Shown here: piece after piece, positions 8,657-19,925 of the stretch
How the letters are laid out: each line of letters starts with the position of its first letter
Numbering within the stretch: the first letter of the stretch is position 1
Source of the DNA: Alphaproteobacteria bacterium
Lineage (GTDB): Bacteria; Pseudomonadota; Alphaproteobacteria; UBA828
DNA length: 64,000 bases
NCBI GenBank assembly: GCA_965221125.1
Contig: CBDCRW010000003.1
Coordinates: forward strand, 352,001-416,000
Reading direction: 5' to 3'
Notes under the pieces: generated by a model
Told to the model about the DNA's origin: nothing
The model's input: only the letters and a program-made list of their open reading frames with translations
Database searches by the model: none
Program-made: the position numbers and the translations under genes

Positions 8657-9575
8657 GCACGGCGGCCGCGCCGAGCACGATCAGATACCAGCTTCCGAAG
8701 TCCGCCAGCAACTCGCGCAGCACGAAGAAGACGATGACCCCGATGATTGGCCCCTCGATGGTGCCGATGCCGCCGATCACCACGATGAAGATGACGTTGG
8801 CCGTCCAGTCGATCACGTTGAAGCCGGCCTCGGGCGAAATGCGGAGCTTGGTGAGGAACACCAGCGCGCCTACCATGCCGGTGCCGAAGGCGGCGACGAT
8901 GTAGACCCAGATCTTGGTGCGGAAGTTGTCGACGCCGAGGCTGCCCGACGCCTCCTCCGAATCGCGGATCGCCGTGAGCGCGAGGCCGTGGCGCGAGCGG
9001 AGCAGCAGGTAGACCAGCGCGATGGCGCCGACGGCGATCGCGAGCCCGGTCCAGTAGATCGCCGACTCCCGCCACATGCGCCCCTGGGCGATGCCCTTCA
9101 CCACCGCCGCCGGCAGGCTCATGCCGGAGCCGCCGCCGAGCGCGGAGACCTGCGCGAAGGAGAGCATGTACACCTCCGCCACGACCCAGGTGCCGATGGC
9201 GAAGTAGGCGCCCCGCAGGCGGAAGACGATGAAGGCGGTCGGCACCGCGAAGAGCGCCGCCGCGATGCCCGCGAGCGGTATGGCGGCCAAGGGGTGGACG
9301 CCGGCGTGGATAGCGAACACGAATAGAGCGTAGCCGCCGAGGCCCAGGAACGCCTGCTGCCCGACCGAGACCAGACCCGCGTAGCCCGCCAGCAGGTTCC
9401 AGAGCTGGGCGAGCGCGAGGTAGTAAGCGATCTCGACGATGGTGCGCATGTCCGCGCGCCCGCCCCAGAAGGGGAGCGAGATCAGCACGGCGAGTCCTGC
9501 GAGCGCGACCAGCGCGCCGTAGCGGCTCGCAGCCGTGCCGCGCTGGACCCGGTATGCGGCGGCGCCGTCGCTCAT
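8505..9575 (-). CDS. Branched-chain amino acid-type ABC permease (LivM-like)
   Basis: WNLLAGYAGLVSVGQ, RLRGAYFAI, AIRDSEEAS, VIGGIGTIEGP. Confidence 0.92.
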   Translation of the reverse strand: MSDGAAAYRVQRGTAASRYGALVALAGLAVLISLPFWGGRADMRTIVEIAYYLALAQLWNLLAGYAGLVSVGQQAFLGLGGYALFVFAIHAGVHPLAAIPLAGIAAALFAVPTAFIVFRLRGAYFAIGTWVVAEVYMLSFAQVSALGGGSGMSLPAAVVKGIAQGRMWRESAIYWTGLAIAVGAIALVYLLLRSRHGLALTAIRDSEEASGSLGVDNFRTKIWVYIVAAFGTGMVGALVFLTKLRISPEAGFNVIDWTANVIFIVVIGGIGTIEGPIIGVIVFFVLRELLADFGSWYLIVLGAAAVLMMLRAPQGIWGLIAERFDLRFFPVQRRLVFDPASFSFVADAQEKDKRKP

Positions 9576-10441
9576 CGGTCCCTCGTGCGCGGGAAGAGGC
9601 CGTTGGGCCGGAGCACGAGCACGATCAGGAAGGCCACGTGGCCCGCCAGGATCTGCCCGCCGGGGTGGAACTTGGCGCCGATGGCCTGGGCCACGCCCAG
9701 GATCACGCCGCCCGCGAGCGTCCCCCACAGGCTGCCGAGCCCGCCGATGATCACCGCCTCGAAGGCGTAGAGCAGCCGCGCCGGCCCGATGGCGGGCGAG
9801 AAGTTGGTGCGGATCGCCATGAAGGTGCCGGCGAGCGCCACCACGCCCAGCGCCAGCGCCATGGCGAGCGCGAAGACGTGGCGGTTGTCGATGCCCATCA
9901 GCGCCGCGGTCTGGTGGTCGTCGGAGGTCGCGCGGAAGGCGGTGCCGAGCCGGGTGCGGTAGAGCAGGAGCTGCAGGCCCGCGATCACGGCGATTGCCGC
10001 GAGGAAGACGATGAGCGGGAACCAGCCGATGGCGATCTCTCCGCCGATGGCGATGCTCGCGGTCTCCAGCGCGCCGGCCTTGAGCCGCTGGGTGTCGGCC
10101 GAGAACACCTCCAGCAGCACGTTCTGGATGATGATGGAGAGCCCGAAGGTCACCAGCAGCGGCGGCAGGATGTCGCGGCCGAGGGTGAGGTTGAGGATGC
10201 CGCGCTGCAGCGCGTAGCCGATGGCCGCCATCACCGGCACGGTGACGATCAGGCTGAGCAGCGGGTGCACGCCGGTGCCGTTGACCATGGCGAGGCCGAG
10301 AAAGGCAGCCAGCACGATCAGGTCGCCGTGGGCGATGTTGACCAGCCGCATCACGCCGAAGATCAGCGAGAGCCCGGTCGCGAACAGCGCGTAGAGGCCG
10401 CCCAGCAGCACGCCCTGAATGATGGCGTCGAGCCACTCCAT
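9572..10441 (-). CDS. Branched-chain amino acid-type ABC permease (LivH-like)
   Basis: GLSLIFGVMRLVNIAHGD, IIGGLGSLWG. Confidence 0.92.
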   Translation of the reverse strand: MEWLDAIIQGVLLGGLYALFATGLSLIFGVMRLVNIAHGDLIVLAAFLGLAMVNGTGVHPLLSLIVTVPVMAAIGYALQRGILNLTLGRDILPPLLVTFGLSIIIQNVLLEVFSADTQRLKAGALETASIAIGGEIAIGWFPLIVFLAAIAVIAGLQLLLYRTRLGTAFRATSDDHQTAALMGIDNRHVFALAMALALGVVALAGTFMAIRTNFSPAIGPARLLYAFEAVIIGGLGSLWGTLAGGVILGVAQAIGAKFHPGGQILAGHVAFLIVLVLRPNGLFPRTRDR

Positions 10442-10456
10442 CGCGGGTCCGGCCCC

Positions 10457-11170
10457 CTAGACCCCGAAGTAGGCCGTGGCCACGTCTTCGCGGGAGAGCT
10501 CGTCGGGCCTGCCCTGGAGCGAGACCCGGCCTTCCTGGAAGCAGTAGACGCGGTCGGCGACGGAGAGCGCCTGGTTGATGTCCTGCTCGACCACGACGAC
10601 CGTGGTGCCCTCGGAGACGATCACCGGGAGCACGGCGTAGAGCTGGCGGATGATGACCGGGGCGAGGCCGAGGCTGAGCTCGTCGCAGAGCAGCAGCGTC
10701 GGGTTGCTCATCAGCGCGCGGCCGATGGCGCACATCTGCTGCTCGCCGCCGCTGAGCGCGGTACCAGGCGTCGCCCGGCGCTCGCGCAGCACCGGGAAAA
10801 GCTCGTGCACGCGCTCGATCCGCCACGGGCCTGAGCGCTTGCCGTAGGCGCCGAGACGCAGGTTCTCCTCCACCGAGAGCGAGGGGAAGAGCAGCCGCCC
10901 CTCCGGCACCAGGGCGATGCCGCGGCGCACGATCTCGTGGGCCGGCAGGTGGCCGATGGGCCGGCCCTCGAAGGTGACGTGCTCGCGCTCGGACGCAAGC
11001 TGGCCCACCACGCTCTTGAGGAAGGTCGACTTGCCGGCGCCGTTGGCCCCGATGATGGCGACCGTCTCGCCGCGGGCCACGTGCACGTCGATCCCGAACA
11101 GTGCCTGGAAGTCGCCGTAGAAGGCGGTAAGCCCGTGCGTCGCCAGCACCGTCTCGGGCGCCCCGCTCAT
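10457..11170 (-). CDS. ABC ATP-binding protein (LivF-like)
   Basis: GANGAGKS, LSGGEQQM, DELSLGLAP. Confidence 0.92.
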   Translation of the reverse strand: MSGAPETVLATHGLTAFYGDFQALFGIDVHVARGETVAIIGANGAGKSTFLKSVVGQLASEREHVTFEGRPIGHLPAHEIVRRGIALVPEGRLLFPSLSVEENLRLGAYGKRSGPWRIERVHELFPVLRERRATPGTALSGGEQQMCAIGRALMSNPTLLLCDELSLGLAPVIIRQLYAVLPVIVSEGTTVVVVEQDINQALSVADRVYCFQEGRVSLQGRPDELSREDVATAYFGV

Positions 11171-11892
11171 TCGGCGCTGATCCCCATGTAGACCTCCTGC
11201 ACCTCGGCGCTCGCCATCACCTGCTGCGGGTCGCCCTCGGCGAGCTTCTGGCCGAAGTTGATGACGATCAGCCGGCTCACGACCGAGAGCAGCGCGTGCA
11301 CCACGTGCTCGATCCAGACGATGGAGACGCCGGTGCGGTGGATCGCCTTGATGGTCTCGATCAGCGCGACGCACTCGTGCTCGGTGAGCCCGCCGGCGAT
11401 CTCGTCCAGCAGGAGCACGCGCGGCCGGGTCGCCAGCGCGCGCGCCATCTCCAGGCGCTTCCGCTCCAGCAGGGTGAGCGCGCCGGCGAGCGCATTCGCC
11501 TTCTCAAGCAAGCCGGTGCGCCCGAGGATCTCGTGGCAGTCCTCGTAGCAGGCGGCCTCTGAGCGGCTGCCGCCGAAGGCCGCGCCCACCAGCAGGTTCT
11601 CGAACACGGTCATGTTCGCGAAGGGATGGGGAATCTGGTAGGAGCGCCCGATCCCCATGCGGCAGCGCTCGTGCGCCGGAGTGCGCGTGATGTCGCGGCC
11701 GGCGAAGAGCACGCGCCCCTCGTTGGGCCGCACGCCGCCGGTGATGATGTTGAACATCGTGCTCTTGCCGGCGCCGTTGGGGCCGATGACGCCGAGCGCC
11801 TCGCCGTCGGCCAGCTCCATGCTGAACTGGTCGGTCGCCCTGACCGAGCCGAAGCTCTTGGAGACGCCCTCCAGCGCGATCAGCGCCGTCAT
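11167..11892 (-). CDS. ABC ATP-binding protein (LivG-like)
   Basis: GPNGAGKS, LLLDEIAGGL. Confidence 0.92.
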   Translation of the reverse strand: MTALIALEGVSKSFGSVRATDQFSMELADGEALGVIGPNGAGKSTMFNIITGGVRPNEGRVLFAGRDITRTPAHERCRMGIGRSYQIPHPFANMTVFENLLVGAAFGGSRSEAACYEDCHEILGRTGLLEKANALAGALTLLERKRLEMARALATRPRVLLLDEIAGGLTEHECVALIETIKAIHRTGVSIVWIEHVVHALLSVVSRLIVINFGQKLAEGDPQQVMASAEVQEVYMGISAE

Positions 11893-11940
11893 GCCGGCGC
11901 CCATGCGCTGGAGGGTTTTGGGAGCGTGAGCCGCTGGTCC

Positions 11941-13251
11941 CTAGGCAATCGGCTCCATGTCGCCGCCGACGGGCACCTCCGGCGCCGTCTCGTTGGACGT
12001 GACGATGAGGTCGTAGCCGAAGGGGCCGTCCGGCGTGCGCCGCCATTGGCCGCCGACCAGCGGCATCTTCGCCACGTTCTTCACTGGGCCCGAGCCCCAC
12101 GAGACCGGGCCGGCGATCGTCGCGACGTTGGTGGCGACGATGGAGGCCAGCATGGATTCGGGATCGTTGATGTCCTCCGCCCGGCTCACGACATCCAGCG
12201 CCACCTCGAAGATCGAGTGGCCGTAGCCCACCGGCTGGCTCCACTGCTTGCCCGTGGCCGCGGTGAAGGCGGCGGCAAGCTCGCCGCAGGACTGGCCGGT
12301 GATGCTCGATGTGAAGGGATGCGACGGGCTCCACCAGATCTCGGAGCTGAGGTTGTGGCCGGCGTCGCCCAGCGCCTCCACCGAGACGGGGAAGAGCAGC
12401 GCCTTGCCAACCGTCGCCGCCTTCGGCCGAAAACCCTGCTGCGCGGACTGGGTCCAGAAGGTGGTGAAGTCCGGCGGCAGCACGACGCCGGTGACGATCT
12501 CGGCGCCGCTGTCCTTGAACTCGGAGATCTGGGCCGAGAAATCGTCCGACATGTTCTGGTAGCGGCCCGGATCGACCAGGGTGTAGCCGGCGCCCGCCAG
12601 CGGCTTGGGGAAGCCCAATTCGGGATGGCCCCAGGCGTTGCCGTCGCCGTCGTTGGGGAAGAGCCCGCCGACCACCTTGTTGGTCTCCAGCTTGCCCCAG
12701 AGGTTGAGGAAGACGGCGATCACGTCCTCCAGCCCCCAAAAATAGTGGTAGGTCCACTGGAAGCCCTCTGCCGGGTTGCCGCCCCGGCCGAAGAAGTAGG
12801 GCTGCCACGGGCAGAGCGTGGTGACGCAGGGGACCTCGTTGATCTCGGCCTGGTCGGCGACCGGGTTCGTGGTCTCCGGCGTGTTGCCGGCGCAGAGCAG
12901 GTGCACCTCGTCGGAGAGGATCAGCTCGCTCGCGACCTCGGCGGCGCGGTTGGGGTTCGACTGGCTGTCCTTGACGATGATCTCGACGTCGAGGCTCCCT
13001 CCGGCGGACTTCACCTTGCCCCCGATGGCTTCCAGCACCGAGGCGACGTTGAACTCGTCGGCCTCGGCGAAAGGCGCGAGCGGCCCGGTCTTGGGGCTGA
13101 CGTAGCCGATCCTCACCGTGTCCGCGGCGCGAACGATGGAGGGGAAGCCTGCGCTGAGCGCGGCCGTCCCCACGGCGCCGGCGGCGCCTGCCTTCAGGAT
13201 GTCGCGACGGGTGCGCCCGCCGCTCTTCGCCTTACGACTCTCGTGCGTCAT
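11941..13251 (-). CDS. Tat-exported ABC substrate-binding protein (Leu/Ile/Val-binding family, possibly for aromatic acids)
   Basis: TRRDILK Tat motif; IGYVSPKTGPLA, KDSQSNPNRAAEVA; operon ends in pcaF. Confidence 0.88.
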   Translation of the reverse strand: MTHESRKAKSGGRTRRDILKAGAAGAVGTAALSAGFPSIVRAADTVRIGYVSPKTGPLAPFAEADEFNVASVLEAIGGKVKSAGGSLDVEIIVKDSQSNPNRAAEVASELILSDEVHLLCAGNTPETTNPVADQAEINEVPCVTTLCPWQPYFFGRGGNPAEGFQWTYHYFWGLEDVIAVFLNLWGKLETNKVVGGLFPNDGDGNAWGHPELGFPKPLAGAGYTLVDPGRYQNMSDDFSAQISEFKDSGAEIVTGVVLPPDFTTFWTQSAQQGFRPKAATVGKALLFPVSVEALGDAGHNLSSEIWWSPSHPFTSSITGQSCGELAAAFTAATGKQWSQPVGYGHSIFEVALDVVSRAEDINDPESMLASIVATNVATIAGPVSWGSGPVKNVAKMPLVGGQWRRTPDGPFGYDLIVTSNETAPEVPVGGDMEPIA

Positions 13252-13339
13252 GGGTTGCCCTCCTCTCCCGGCAATCGTCGTCCATCGAGAATTGCTGGGA
13301 ACCTAGCAGACCTGCCCCGCCCCTGCGAGAGAGGTGGGG

Positions 13340-14935
13340 TCAGGCCGCGAGGTCCTCGCCGGCGAGGGCGCGGTCGATCAGCGCGACCGTCTCCTTGAGC
13401 CCGTAGAGGGCGATGAAGGAGCCCATGCGGGGGCCCTGGCTCTGGCCAAGCAGGATCTCGTAGAGCGCGCGGAACCAGTCGCGGAGCGACTCGAAGGGAT
13501 GCCGCTTGCCGACCTCGTAGACCTCGGTCTGGATCGCCTCGGCGTCCGCATCCGCCGGCAGCGCCACCAGCGCCGCGCGCAGGTCGTCGAGCGCCGCGCG
13601 CTCCTCCGCCAGCGGCGCGCGGTACGCCTTCGTCGGCTTCACCACGTCGCGGTAGTAGGTGAGCGCGTGGCCCACGAGCGCATCGAGGATGGGCGCGGTC
13701 TCGGGCGCCGCACCGGGCACGTAGCGGCTGATGAAGCCCCAGAGCACCGCCGGGTCCTCCGTGTTGCAGACGCTCGCGAGGTTGAGCAGGACGGCGTAGC
13801 TCAAGCCCGTCTCGGGCGCGGGCGGGTCGCCCGCGTGAATGTGCCAGGCCGGGTTCTCGAGCCGCTTGTCCGGCTCCTGCTCCGGATACTTGGCGAGATG
13901 CGTCAGGTGATCGTCGACGTGGCGGGGGATCACGTCGAAGTAAAGCCGCTTGGCGCGGCGCGGCGCGTTGTACATGAAGAGCGAGAGCGAATCGCGCGGA
14001 CCGTAGGCCAGCCACTCCTCGATGGCGAGGCCGTTGCCGCGCGACTTCGAGATCTTCTCGCCGTTCTCGTCGAGAAAGAGCTCGTAGATGAAGCCGGCAG
14101 GCGGCCTCGACCCGAGCGCGCGGCAGATCTTGCCGGAGAGCTCGACCGAGCTGATGAGGTCCTTGCCCGCCATCTCGTAGTCGACGCCGAGCGCGTGCCA
14201 GCGCATGGCCCAGTCGGCCTTCCACTGCAGCTTGCAGTGGCCGCCGGTCACCGGGACCGTCACGGTCTCGCCGTCCTCGTCCACGTAGCTAACCGTGCCC
14301 GCTTGCGCGTCGCGGGCCGCGATGGGCACCTGCAGCACGCGGCCGGTCTTGGGGCAGAGCGGCAGGAAGGGGCTGTAGGTCGCCTGCCGCTCGGCGCCGA
14401 GCGTCGGCAGGATGATGCGCATGATCTCGTCGTAGTGACGGAGCACGTCCATGAGCGCTGCGTCGAACTCGCCCGAACGGTAGGCCTCGCTCGAACTCTT
14501 GAAGGTGTAGTCGAAGCCGAAGTCGTCGAGGAAGGCGCGGAGCCGCGCGTTGTTGTGCGCCCCGAAACTCTCGTGCGTGCCGAAGGGGTCCGGGATCTGC
14601 GTGAGCGGCTTGCCGAGATGCGCCTCGACCATCGCGCGCCCGGGGATGTTGTCGGGCACCTTCCTGAGCCCGTCCATGTCGTCGGAGAAGGCCACGAGGC
14701 GCGTCGGGATATCGCTGAGCGCGGCGAAGGCCCGGCGCACCATGGTCGTGCGCGCGACCTCGCCGAAGGTGCCGATGTGCGGCAGGCCGGAAGGGCCGTA
14801 GCCGGTCTCGAACAGCGCATAGCCCTTGGCCGGCGTCTTGCCGCCGATACGCTTCAGCAGCGCCGCAGCCTCCTTGAAGGGCCAGGCCTTGGCGTTCCGC
14901 GCCAGCGCGCGCAGGTCGTGTGCGGTGTCGGTCAT
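13340..14935 (-). CDS. lysS: Lysine--tRNA ligase, class I
   Basis: [48 protein letters not shown]. Confidence 0.97.
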   Translation of the reverse strand: MTDTAHDLRALARNAKAWPFKEAAALLKRIGGKTPAKGYALFETGYGPSGLPHIGTFGEVARTTMVRRAFAALSDIPTRLVAFSDDMDGLRKVPDNIPGRAMVEAHLGKPLTQIPDPFGTHESFGAHNNARLRAFLDDFGFDYTFKSSSEAYRSGEFDAALMDVLRHYDEIMRIILPTLGAERQATYSPFLPLCPKTGRVLQVPIAARDAQAGTVSYVDEDGETVTVPVTGGHCKLQWKADWAMRWHALGVDYEMAGKDLISSVELSGKICRALGSRPPAGFIYELFLDENGEKISKSRGNGLAIEEWLAYGPRDSLSLFMYNAPRRAKRLYFDVIPRHVDDHLTHLAKYPEQEPDKRLENPAWHIHAGDPPAPETGLSYAVLLNLASVCNTEDPAVLWGFISRYVPGAAPETAPILDALVGHALTYYRDVVKPTKAYRAPLAEERAALDDLRAALVALPADADAEAIQTEVYEVGKRHPFESLRDWFRALYEILLGQSQGPRMGSFIALYGLKETVALIDRALAGEDLAA

Positions 14936-15006
14936 CGTCCGGGTCCGGAAGTCGGCGGAACATGCGCCGGGCCGCCCGCGCCCGTCAACCGCTATACTCC
15001 TGCGCG

Positions 15007-17868
15007 ATGCCGGCGCCCCTCGAGTCTCGCAAGCCCTCCCCACCGCCTGCCACGCTGCCGCTGCCGCGCGCACCGGCGCTGGTGGTGGCGCCGCGCCATG
15101 CGGTCTGGCTGGACGAGGACGGCGTGCTCAGCAAGCTCTCCCACCGGGAGGCGCGCGAGCGCCTGGCCGCGCCGGGACCCGCCCCCTACGTCTGCCACGC
15201 GAAGGCGATCGTCCGCCGGCTCGGCCTCTCCGCGCTGACCGCGCTGGATGTGCTGGAACTCTTCGCCTTCGTGCACCCGGCGCGGCTCACGGTGCCGACC
15301 GTGCGCGGGCTCGCGCGCACGCTCGGTCTCGCGCTGCCCGAGAGCACGGAGGACGAGGCGGCGACCCTGCACGCGGCAGCCGCAAGCCTGCTCGGCGCGC
15401 TGGCGTCTCCCGGCCTAGCGGGCGCGAAGGACGCACCTGTGATCGCGCGCACCATGACCAGTGCCGGCTGGCCCTGGGGCGACGCGGTGGTGGCCGCGCT
15501 GGAGGCCGGCGGGCGCACGCCGGCGGGCTCGGGTCGCACGGACGACCAGGGCCCGCTCGCCGTCTGGACCCGGCTCAAGGAATGGCAGGAGAGCGCGCCG
15601 CCCGCAGCGCCGGGCCACGACCCGGTGGCTCCGGGGGCCGCGCGCAAGCGCCTCGCGCACCTGCTGGGCGACGGCGCGGAGCCGCGGCCGGAGCAGGCGG
15701 ATTACGCCTCGGCGGCGTGCGCGGCCTTCGACCCGATGGAGACGGAGGAGCAACCCCACGTGGTGCTGGCGGAAGCCGGCACCGGAGTCGGCAAGACCCT
15801 CGGCTACATCGCACCGGCGAGCCTCTGGGCCGAGCGCAACGAGGGCACGGTCTGGCTCTCCACCTTCACGCGCAACCTGCAGCGCCAGATCGACCAGGAG
15901 CTCGACCGCCTCTACCCGGAGCCCAAGGCGAAGGCGGAGAAGGTGGTGCTGCGCAAGGGCCGCGAGAACTATTTCTGCTTGCTCAACATGGAGGAAGCGG
16001 TCGGCCGCAGCGCGCTGGTGCCGGCGGAGCGCATCGCGCTCGGCCTGATGGCGCGCTGGGCGGCGGCGACGCGGGACGGCGACCTGACCGGCGGCGACCT
16101 GCCCGCCTGGCTCGCCGACCTGCTCGGCTACGGCCGCACGCTCGGGCTTGCGGACCGGCGCGGCGAGTGCATCCACGGCGCGTGCACGCACTACCGCCGC
16201 TGCTTCATCGAGAAGAGCCAGCGCAAGGCCCGGCGCGCGGATATGGTGATCGCCAACCACGCGCTGCTCATGGTGCAGGCGGCGCGCGCGGCCTTCGGCA
16301 CGGGCGAGGAGCGCGGCGTGCCCACCCGCTACGTGCTCGACGAGGGGCACCACCTCTTCGACGCGGCGGACAGCGCCTTCTCCGCACACCTCTCGGGCAG
16401 CGAGGCGCGGGAGCTCCGGCGCTGGCTGCTCGGGCCGGAAACCCGCGGCCGCGGCGGTGCGGGCCGGGCGCGGGGGCTCAGCAGCCGCATCGGCGACCTG
16501 ACCGAAGGCAGAGAAGCCGCGGCCGAGGCGCTGGAGACGGCATTGACCGCTGCCCGCGCGCTGCCCGGCAACGAGTGGCACCAGCGCCTCGCCGGGGGCG
16601 CACCCCACGGGCCGTGCGAGCGCTTCCTCGCGCTGGTGCGGGAGCAGGTGCTGGCGCGGGCGCGGGAGCCGCAGAGCGGCTACAGCATCGAGGCGCCGGT
16701 GGACCCGCTCATTCCGGGCCTCGCCGACGCGGCCGACGCTCTCGGATCGGCGCTCGCCGACATCGCCCGCCCGCTCGGCCGGCTCGCGGCGGCGCTCGCG
16801 ACCCTTCTGGATCAGGAAGCCGAGAGCCTGGAGAGCGCCGAACGCCAGCGCATCGAGGCCGTGGTGCGCGGGATCGAGCGCCGGGCCAGCGAGCAGCTCG
16901 GCGCCTGGCAATCCATGCTCCAGGACATGCAGGCCGCCCCGGTGGACGACGACGATTTCGCGCAGGACGAAGCGGGCGCCCCCGACCCCACCGGCTTCGT
17001 CGACTGGTTCGCGATCTCCCGCATCGAGGGGCGCGACGTCGATGTCGGCATGTACCGCCACTACGTCGACCCGACCATCGCCTTCTCCGAGTTCGTCATG
17101 GGCCGCGCCCACGGCGCGCTCATCACCTCGGCGACGCTGCGGGACGGAACCGGCGACGAGGAGCAGGACTGGGCCGCGGCCGAGGCGGCCACCGGCGGGC
17201 GCCACCTCAAGGCGCCGGCGATCCGCGCCGCCCTCCCCTCCCCCTTCGACTACGGCGCGCAGACCCGCGTGCTCGTAGTCACCGACGTGCGCCGCGGCGC
17301 GCCGGATCGGGTCGCGGCGGCCTACCGCGCGCTGTTCACGGCCGCAGGGGGCGGCGCGCTCGGTCTCTTCACCGCCATCGCCCGGCTGCGCGCGGTTCAC
17401 GAGCGGATCGCGGCTGCGCTGGACGAGGCCGGGATCGCGCTCTGGGCCCAGCACGTGGACCCTCTCGATACGACCACGCTGGTCGACATCTTCCGCAGCG
17501 AGACCGATGCCTGCCTGCTCGGCACCGACGCGGTGCGGGACGGCATCGACGTGCCGGGGAAGAGCCTGCGCCTGATCGTGTTCGACCGCGTGCCCTGGCC
17601 CCGCCCGGACATCCTGCACAAGGCCCGGCGCCGCGTCTTCGGTGGCGGGCGCTACGACGACCGGCTCACGCGGGGGAAGCTGCGGCAGGCCTACGGGCGG
17701 CTCGTGCGGCGCGCGGACGATCGCGGCGTGTTCGTGCTGCTCGACCCCGCGCTGCCGAGCCGGCTCACCGGCGCCTTCCCGCCGGGTGTCCAGGTGGAGC
17801 GCGTCGGCCTCGCCCAGGCGGTCGAGATCACCCGCGCGTTCGTGGGGACCGAGCGTCAGACGCCGTGA
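15007..17868 (+). CDS. ATP-dependent DNA helicase, DinG/YoaA family
   Basis: [17 protein letters not shown], Fe-S cysteines [34 protein letters not shown]. Confidence 0.92.
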   Translation: MPAPLESRKPSPPPATLPLPRAPALVVAPRHAVWLDEDGVLSKLSHREARERLAAPGPAPYVCHAKAIVRRLGLSALTALDVLELFAFVHPARLTVPTVRGLARTLGLALPESTEDEAATLHAAAASLLGALASPGLAGAKDAPVIARTMTSAGWPWGDAVVAALEAGGRTPAGSGRTDDQGPLAVWTRLKEWQESAPPAAPGHDPVAPGAARKRLAHLLGDGAEPRPEQADYASAACAAFDPMETEEQPHVVLAEAGTGVGKTLGYIAPASLWAERNEGTVWLSTFTRNLQRQIDQELDRLYPEPKAKAEKVVLRKGRENYFCLLNMEEAVGRSALVPAERIALGLMARWAAATRDGDLTGGDLPAWLADLLGYGRTLGLADRRGECIHGACTHYRRCFIEKSQRKARRADMVIANHALLMVQAARAAFGTGEERGVPTRYVLDEGHHLFDAADSAFSAHLSGSEARELRRWLLGPETRGRGGAGRARGLSSRIGDLTEGREAAAEALETALTAARALPGNEWHQRLAGGAPHGPCERFLALVREQVLARAREPQSGYSIEAPVDPLIPGLADAADALGSALADIARPLGRLAAALATLLDQEAESLESAERQRIEAVVRGIERRASEQLGAWQSMLQDMQAAPVDDDDFAQDEAGAPDPTGFVDWFAISRIEGRDVDVGMYRHYVDPTIAFSEFVMGRAHGALITSATLRDGTGDEEQDWAAAEAATGGRHLKAPAIRAALPSPFDYGAQTRVLVVTDVRRGAPDRVAAAYRALFTAAGGGALGLFTAIARLRAVHERIAAALDEAGIALWAQHVDPLDTTTLVDIFRSETDACLLGTDAVRDGIDVPGKSLRLIVFDRVPWPRPDILHKARRRVFGGGRYDDRLTRGKLRQAYGRLVRRADDRGVFVLLDPALPSRLTGAFPPGVQVERVGLAQAVEITRAFVGTERQTP

Positions 17869-17936
17869 CGCAGGCCGTGGCCTTGGTGGGGAATCCGGGC
17901 TAGGGTCCGCGCGCCCTCCAACCAGCCGGTGCACGC

Positions 17937-18794
17937 ATGTCGGACTCTGAGCTGACGCCCCTGCTCAAGCGCGTCGCGGAAGCGCTGGAGCGTCTCTCGC
18001 CCGCAGGCGCGGAGGACGCGGCGCTGGAGGCGGCCGACGGGTTCGTCTGGCACGCAGACGGCGCGCGCCTGGAAGCGGTGCCCCGGATCAACCGGCTCGA
18101 GCTCTCGCTGCTCAAGGGGATCGACAGGGTTCGCGACATCCTGCTCGACAACACGCGCCGCTTCGCGCGCGGCCTGCCGGCCAACAACGCCCTGCTCTGG
18201 GGCGCGCGCGGCATGGGCAAGAGCTCGCTCATCAAAGCGGTGCACGGCGTGGTCGCGGCGGAGGATACGGGCGGCCTCAAGCTGATCGAGATTCACCGGG
18301 AGGAGATCGCGTCGCTGCCGGTCCTGCTCGGCCGCCTGCGCGGCTGCGAGAGCCAGTGCCTGCTCTTCTGCGACGACCTCTCCTTCGAGTCCGAGGACAC
18401 GACCTACAAGTCGCTCAAGGCGGCGCTGGAGGGCGGGATCAGCGGCCGGCCGGACAACGTCCTCTTCTACGCCACCTCGAACCGGCGCCACCTGATGCCG
18501 CGCGACATGATCGACAACGAGCGCTCGACCGCCATCCACCCCGGCGAAGCGGTGGAGGAATCGGTCTCGCTCTCGGATCGTTTCGGCCTCTGGCTCGGCT
18601 TCCACCCCTGCGACCAGGCGACGTTCTTCGCCATGGTGGAGGGCTACGCCGACCATTTCGGCCTCGGCATCGACCGCGAGACGCTGCGGGCGGAGGCCAT
18701 CGAGTGGAGCATGACCCGCGGCGCGCGCTCGGGCCGCGTGGCCTGGCAGTTCGTGCAGGATCTCGCCGGGCGGCTCGGAGTCGGACTTTCGTAA
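17937..18794 (+). CDS. DUF815 family AAA+ ATPase
   Basis: LLWGARGMGKSS, FCDDLSF, YATSNRRHLM, SLSDRFGLW, RSGRVAWQF. Confidence 0.93.
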   Translation: MSDSELTPLLKRVAEALERLSPAGAEDAALEAADGFVWHADGARLEAVPRINRLELSLLKGIDRVRDILLDNTRRFARGLPANNALLWGARGMGKSSLIKAVHGVVAAEDTGGLKLIEIHREEIASLPVLLGRLRGCESQCLLFCDDLSFESEDTTYKSLKAALEGGISGRPDNVLFYATSNRRHLMPRDMIDNERSTAIHPGEAVEESVSLSDRFGLWLGFHPCDQATFFAMVEGYADHFGLGIDRETLRAEAIEWSMTRGARSGRVAWQFVQDLAGRLGVGLS

Positions 18795-18803
18795 CGCGCG
18801 TCC

Positions 18804-19925
18804 CTACTTGCGGGTGAGCAGGCGGAGCGGGTCCTGCGGCTCGCCGTTGCGGCGGATCTCGAAGTGCGCCTGTGGGCGTGAGACCCGGCCCGACTTGCCC
18901 GAGCGCGAGATCACCTGGCCCCGCTTCACCACGTCGCCCTTGCCCACCAGCAGCGCGTCGTTGTGGGCATACGCCGTCATCCAGCCGCCGTTGTGGCGGA
19001 TGAGCACGAGGTTGCCGTAGCCCCTGAGCTCGTTGCCGGCGTAGGCCACCACGCCGTTCTGCGCGGCGCGCACCGCGGTGCCCATGGGGACGGCGATGTT
19101 GATTCCGTCGTTGTGCATGCCGCCGGGCTTGGAGCCGAAGCGCGAAATCACGCGGCCCTCGGCCGGCCAGAGGAAGGTGTTGCGCGTGGGCGGCAGCGGC
19201 ACGTCGGCCTCATCGGCCTGCCGCGCCAGCGCGGAGATGGAGGATGGCGGCGACTGCGCCGGGTCCGCAAGGGCCTCGCGGTGTGCAGGCGCGACCGGCG
19301 GCACGGGCGCCGGGTTGTCCTCGAACACCAGCGGATCGGCGCGGTCCTCTGGTGCCGGCGCCGCGGTCTCGCTCTCGTCGCGGGCCGGAGCGAGCGGCTC
19401 GGCGGCCGCAATCTGCACCTGAGGCGCCGGCGCGGCGATCTCGGTGGTCGTCACGCGCGTGCCGTTCCGCGCCGCGCTCCACGTCTCCTCGACCGGCGGC
19501 TCGCGGCGATACGCGGCATGAGCGGCCGGAAGCGGAACCCGGAGCCTCTGGCCCGCCAGCAGCCAATAGGGCTCGCTCAACCCGTTCAGCGCGATGATGT
19601 CGCGCGCCGCGACGCCGTGCTGGCGCGCGATGCGGTGGACGGAATCGCCCTCCGCCACCGTCAGCAGCAGGGACGTCGGCTTCCCGCGCGGCGCCGGCGG
19701 GCCGGCATCGGCCGGCTGGAAGGGCGGCGGCATCCGTTCCTCCGGCGCCGCAGCGGCGTTGTCCCTCGCGGGCGCCGGCTCGATCGCGCCGCTGTCGGCT
19801 GGCGCACGCTCCAGGGAGCCGAGCGAGTAATCCGTGCACGCGCCCACGCCCAGCAGCAGGGCCGCCATCAGGGCAGCGCCCGCGAGCCGCCCGAGCGGGC
19901 CGGTCGCGCGGAGGTGGACGATCAT
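18804..19925 (-). CDS. nlpD: LysM + M23 peptidase lipoprotein (NlpD/DipM-like)
   Basis: Lipobox VGAC, LysM (VAEGDSVHRIA), M23 NDGINI...YAHN...HFEIR; ATGA overlap with the surE stop. Confidence 0.88.
   Translation of the reverse strand: MIVHLRATGPLGRLAGAALMAALLLGVGACTDYSLGSLERAPADSGAIEPAPARDNAAAAPEERMPPPFQPADAGPPAPRGKPTSLLLTVAEGDSVHRIARQHGVAARDIIALNGLSEPYWLLAGQRLRVPLPAAHAAYRREPPVEETWSAARNGTRVTTTEIAAPAPQVQIAAAEPLAPARDESETAAPAPEDRADPLVFEDNPAPVPPVAPAHREALADPAQSPPSSISALARQADEADVPLPPTRNTFLWPAEGRVISRFGSKPGGMHNDGINIAVPMGTAVRAAQNGVVAYAGNELRGYGNLVLIRHNGGWMTAYAHNDALLVGKGDVVKRGQVISRSGKSGRVSRPQAHFEIRRNGEPQDPLRLLTRK

Noticed and set aside
14826-17934. 1025-aa and 839-aa ORFs overlapping the helicase, and similar long Arg/Gly/Ala-rich ORFs throughout
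   Set aside because: Shadow frames typical of high-GC DNA; they have no motifs and overlap well-supported genes.
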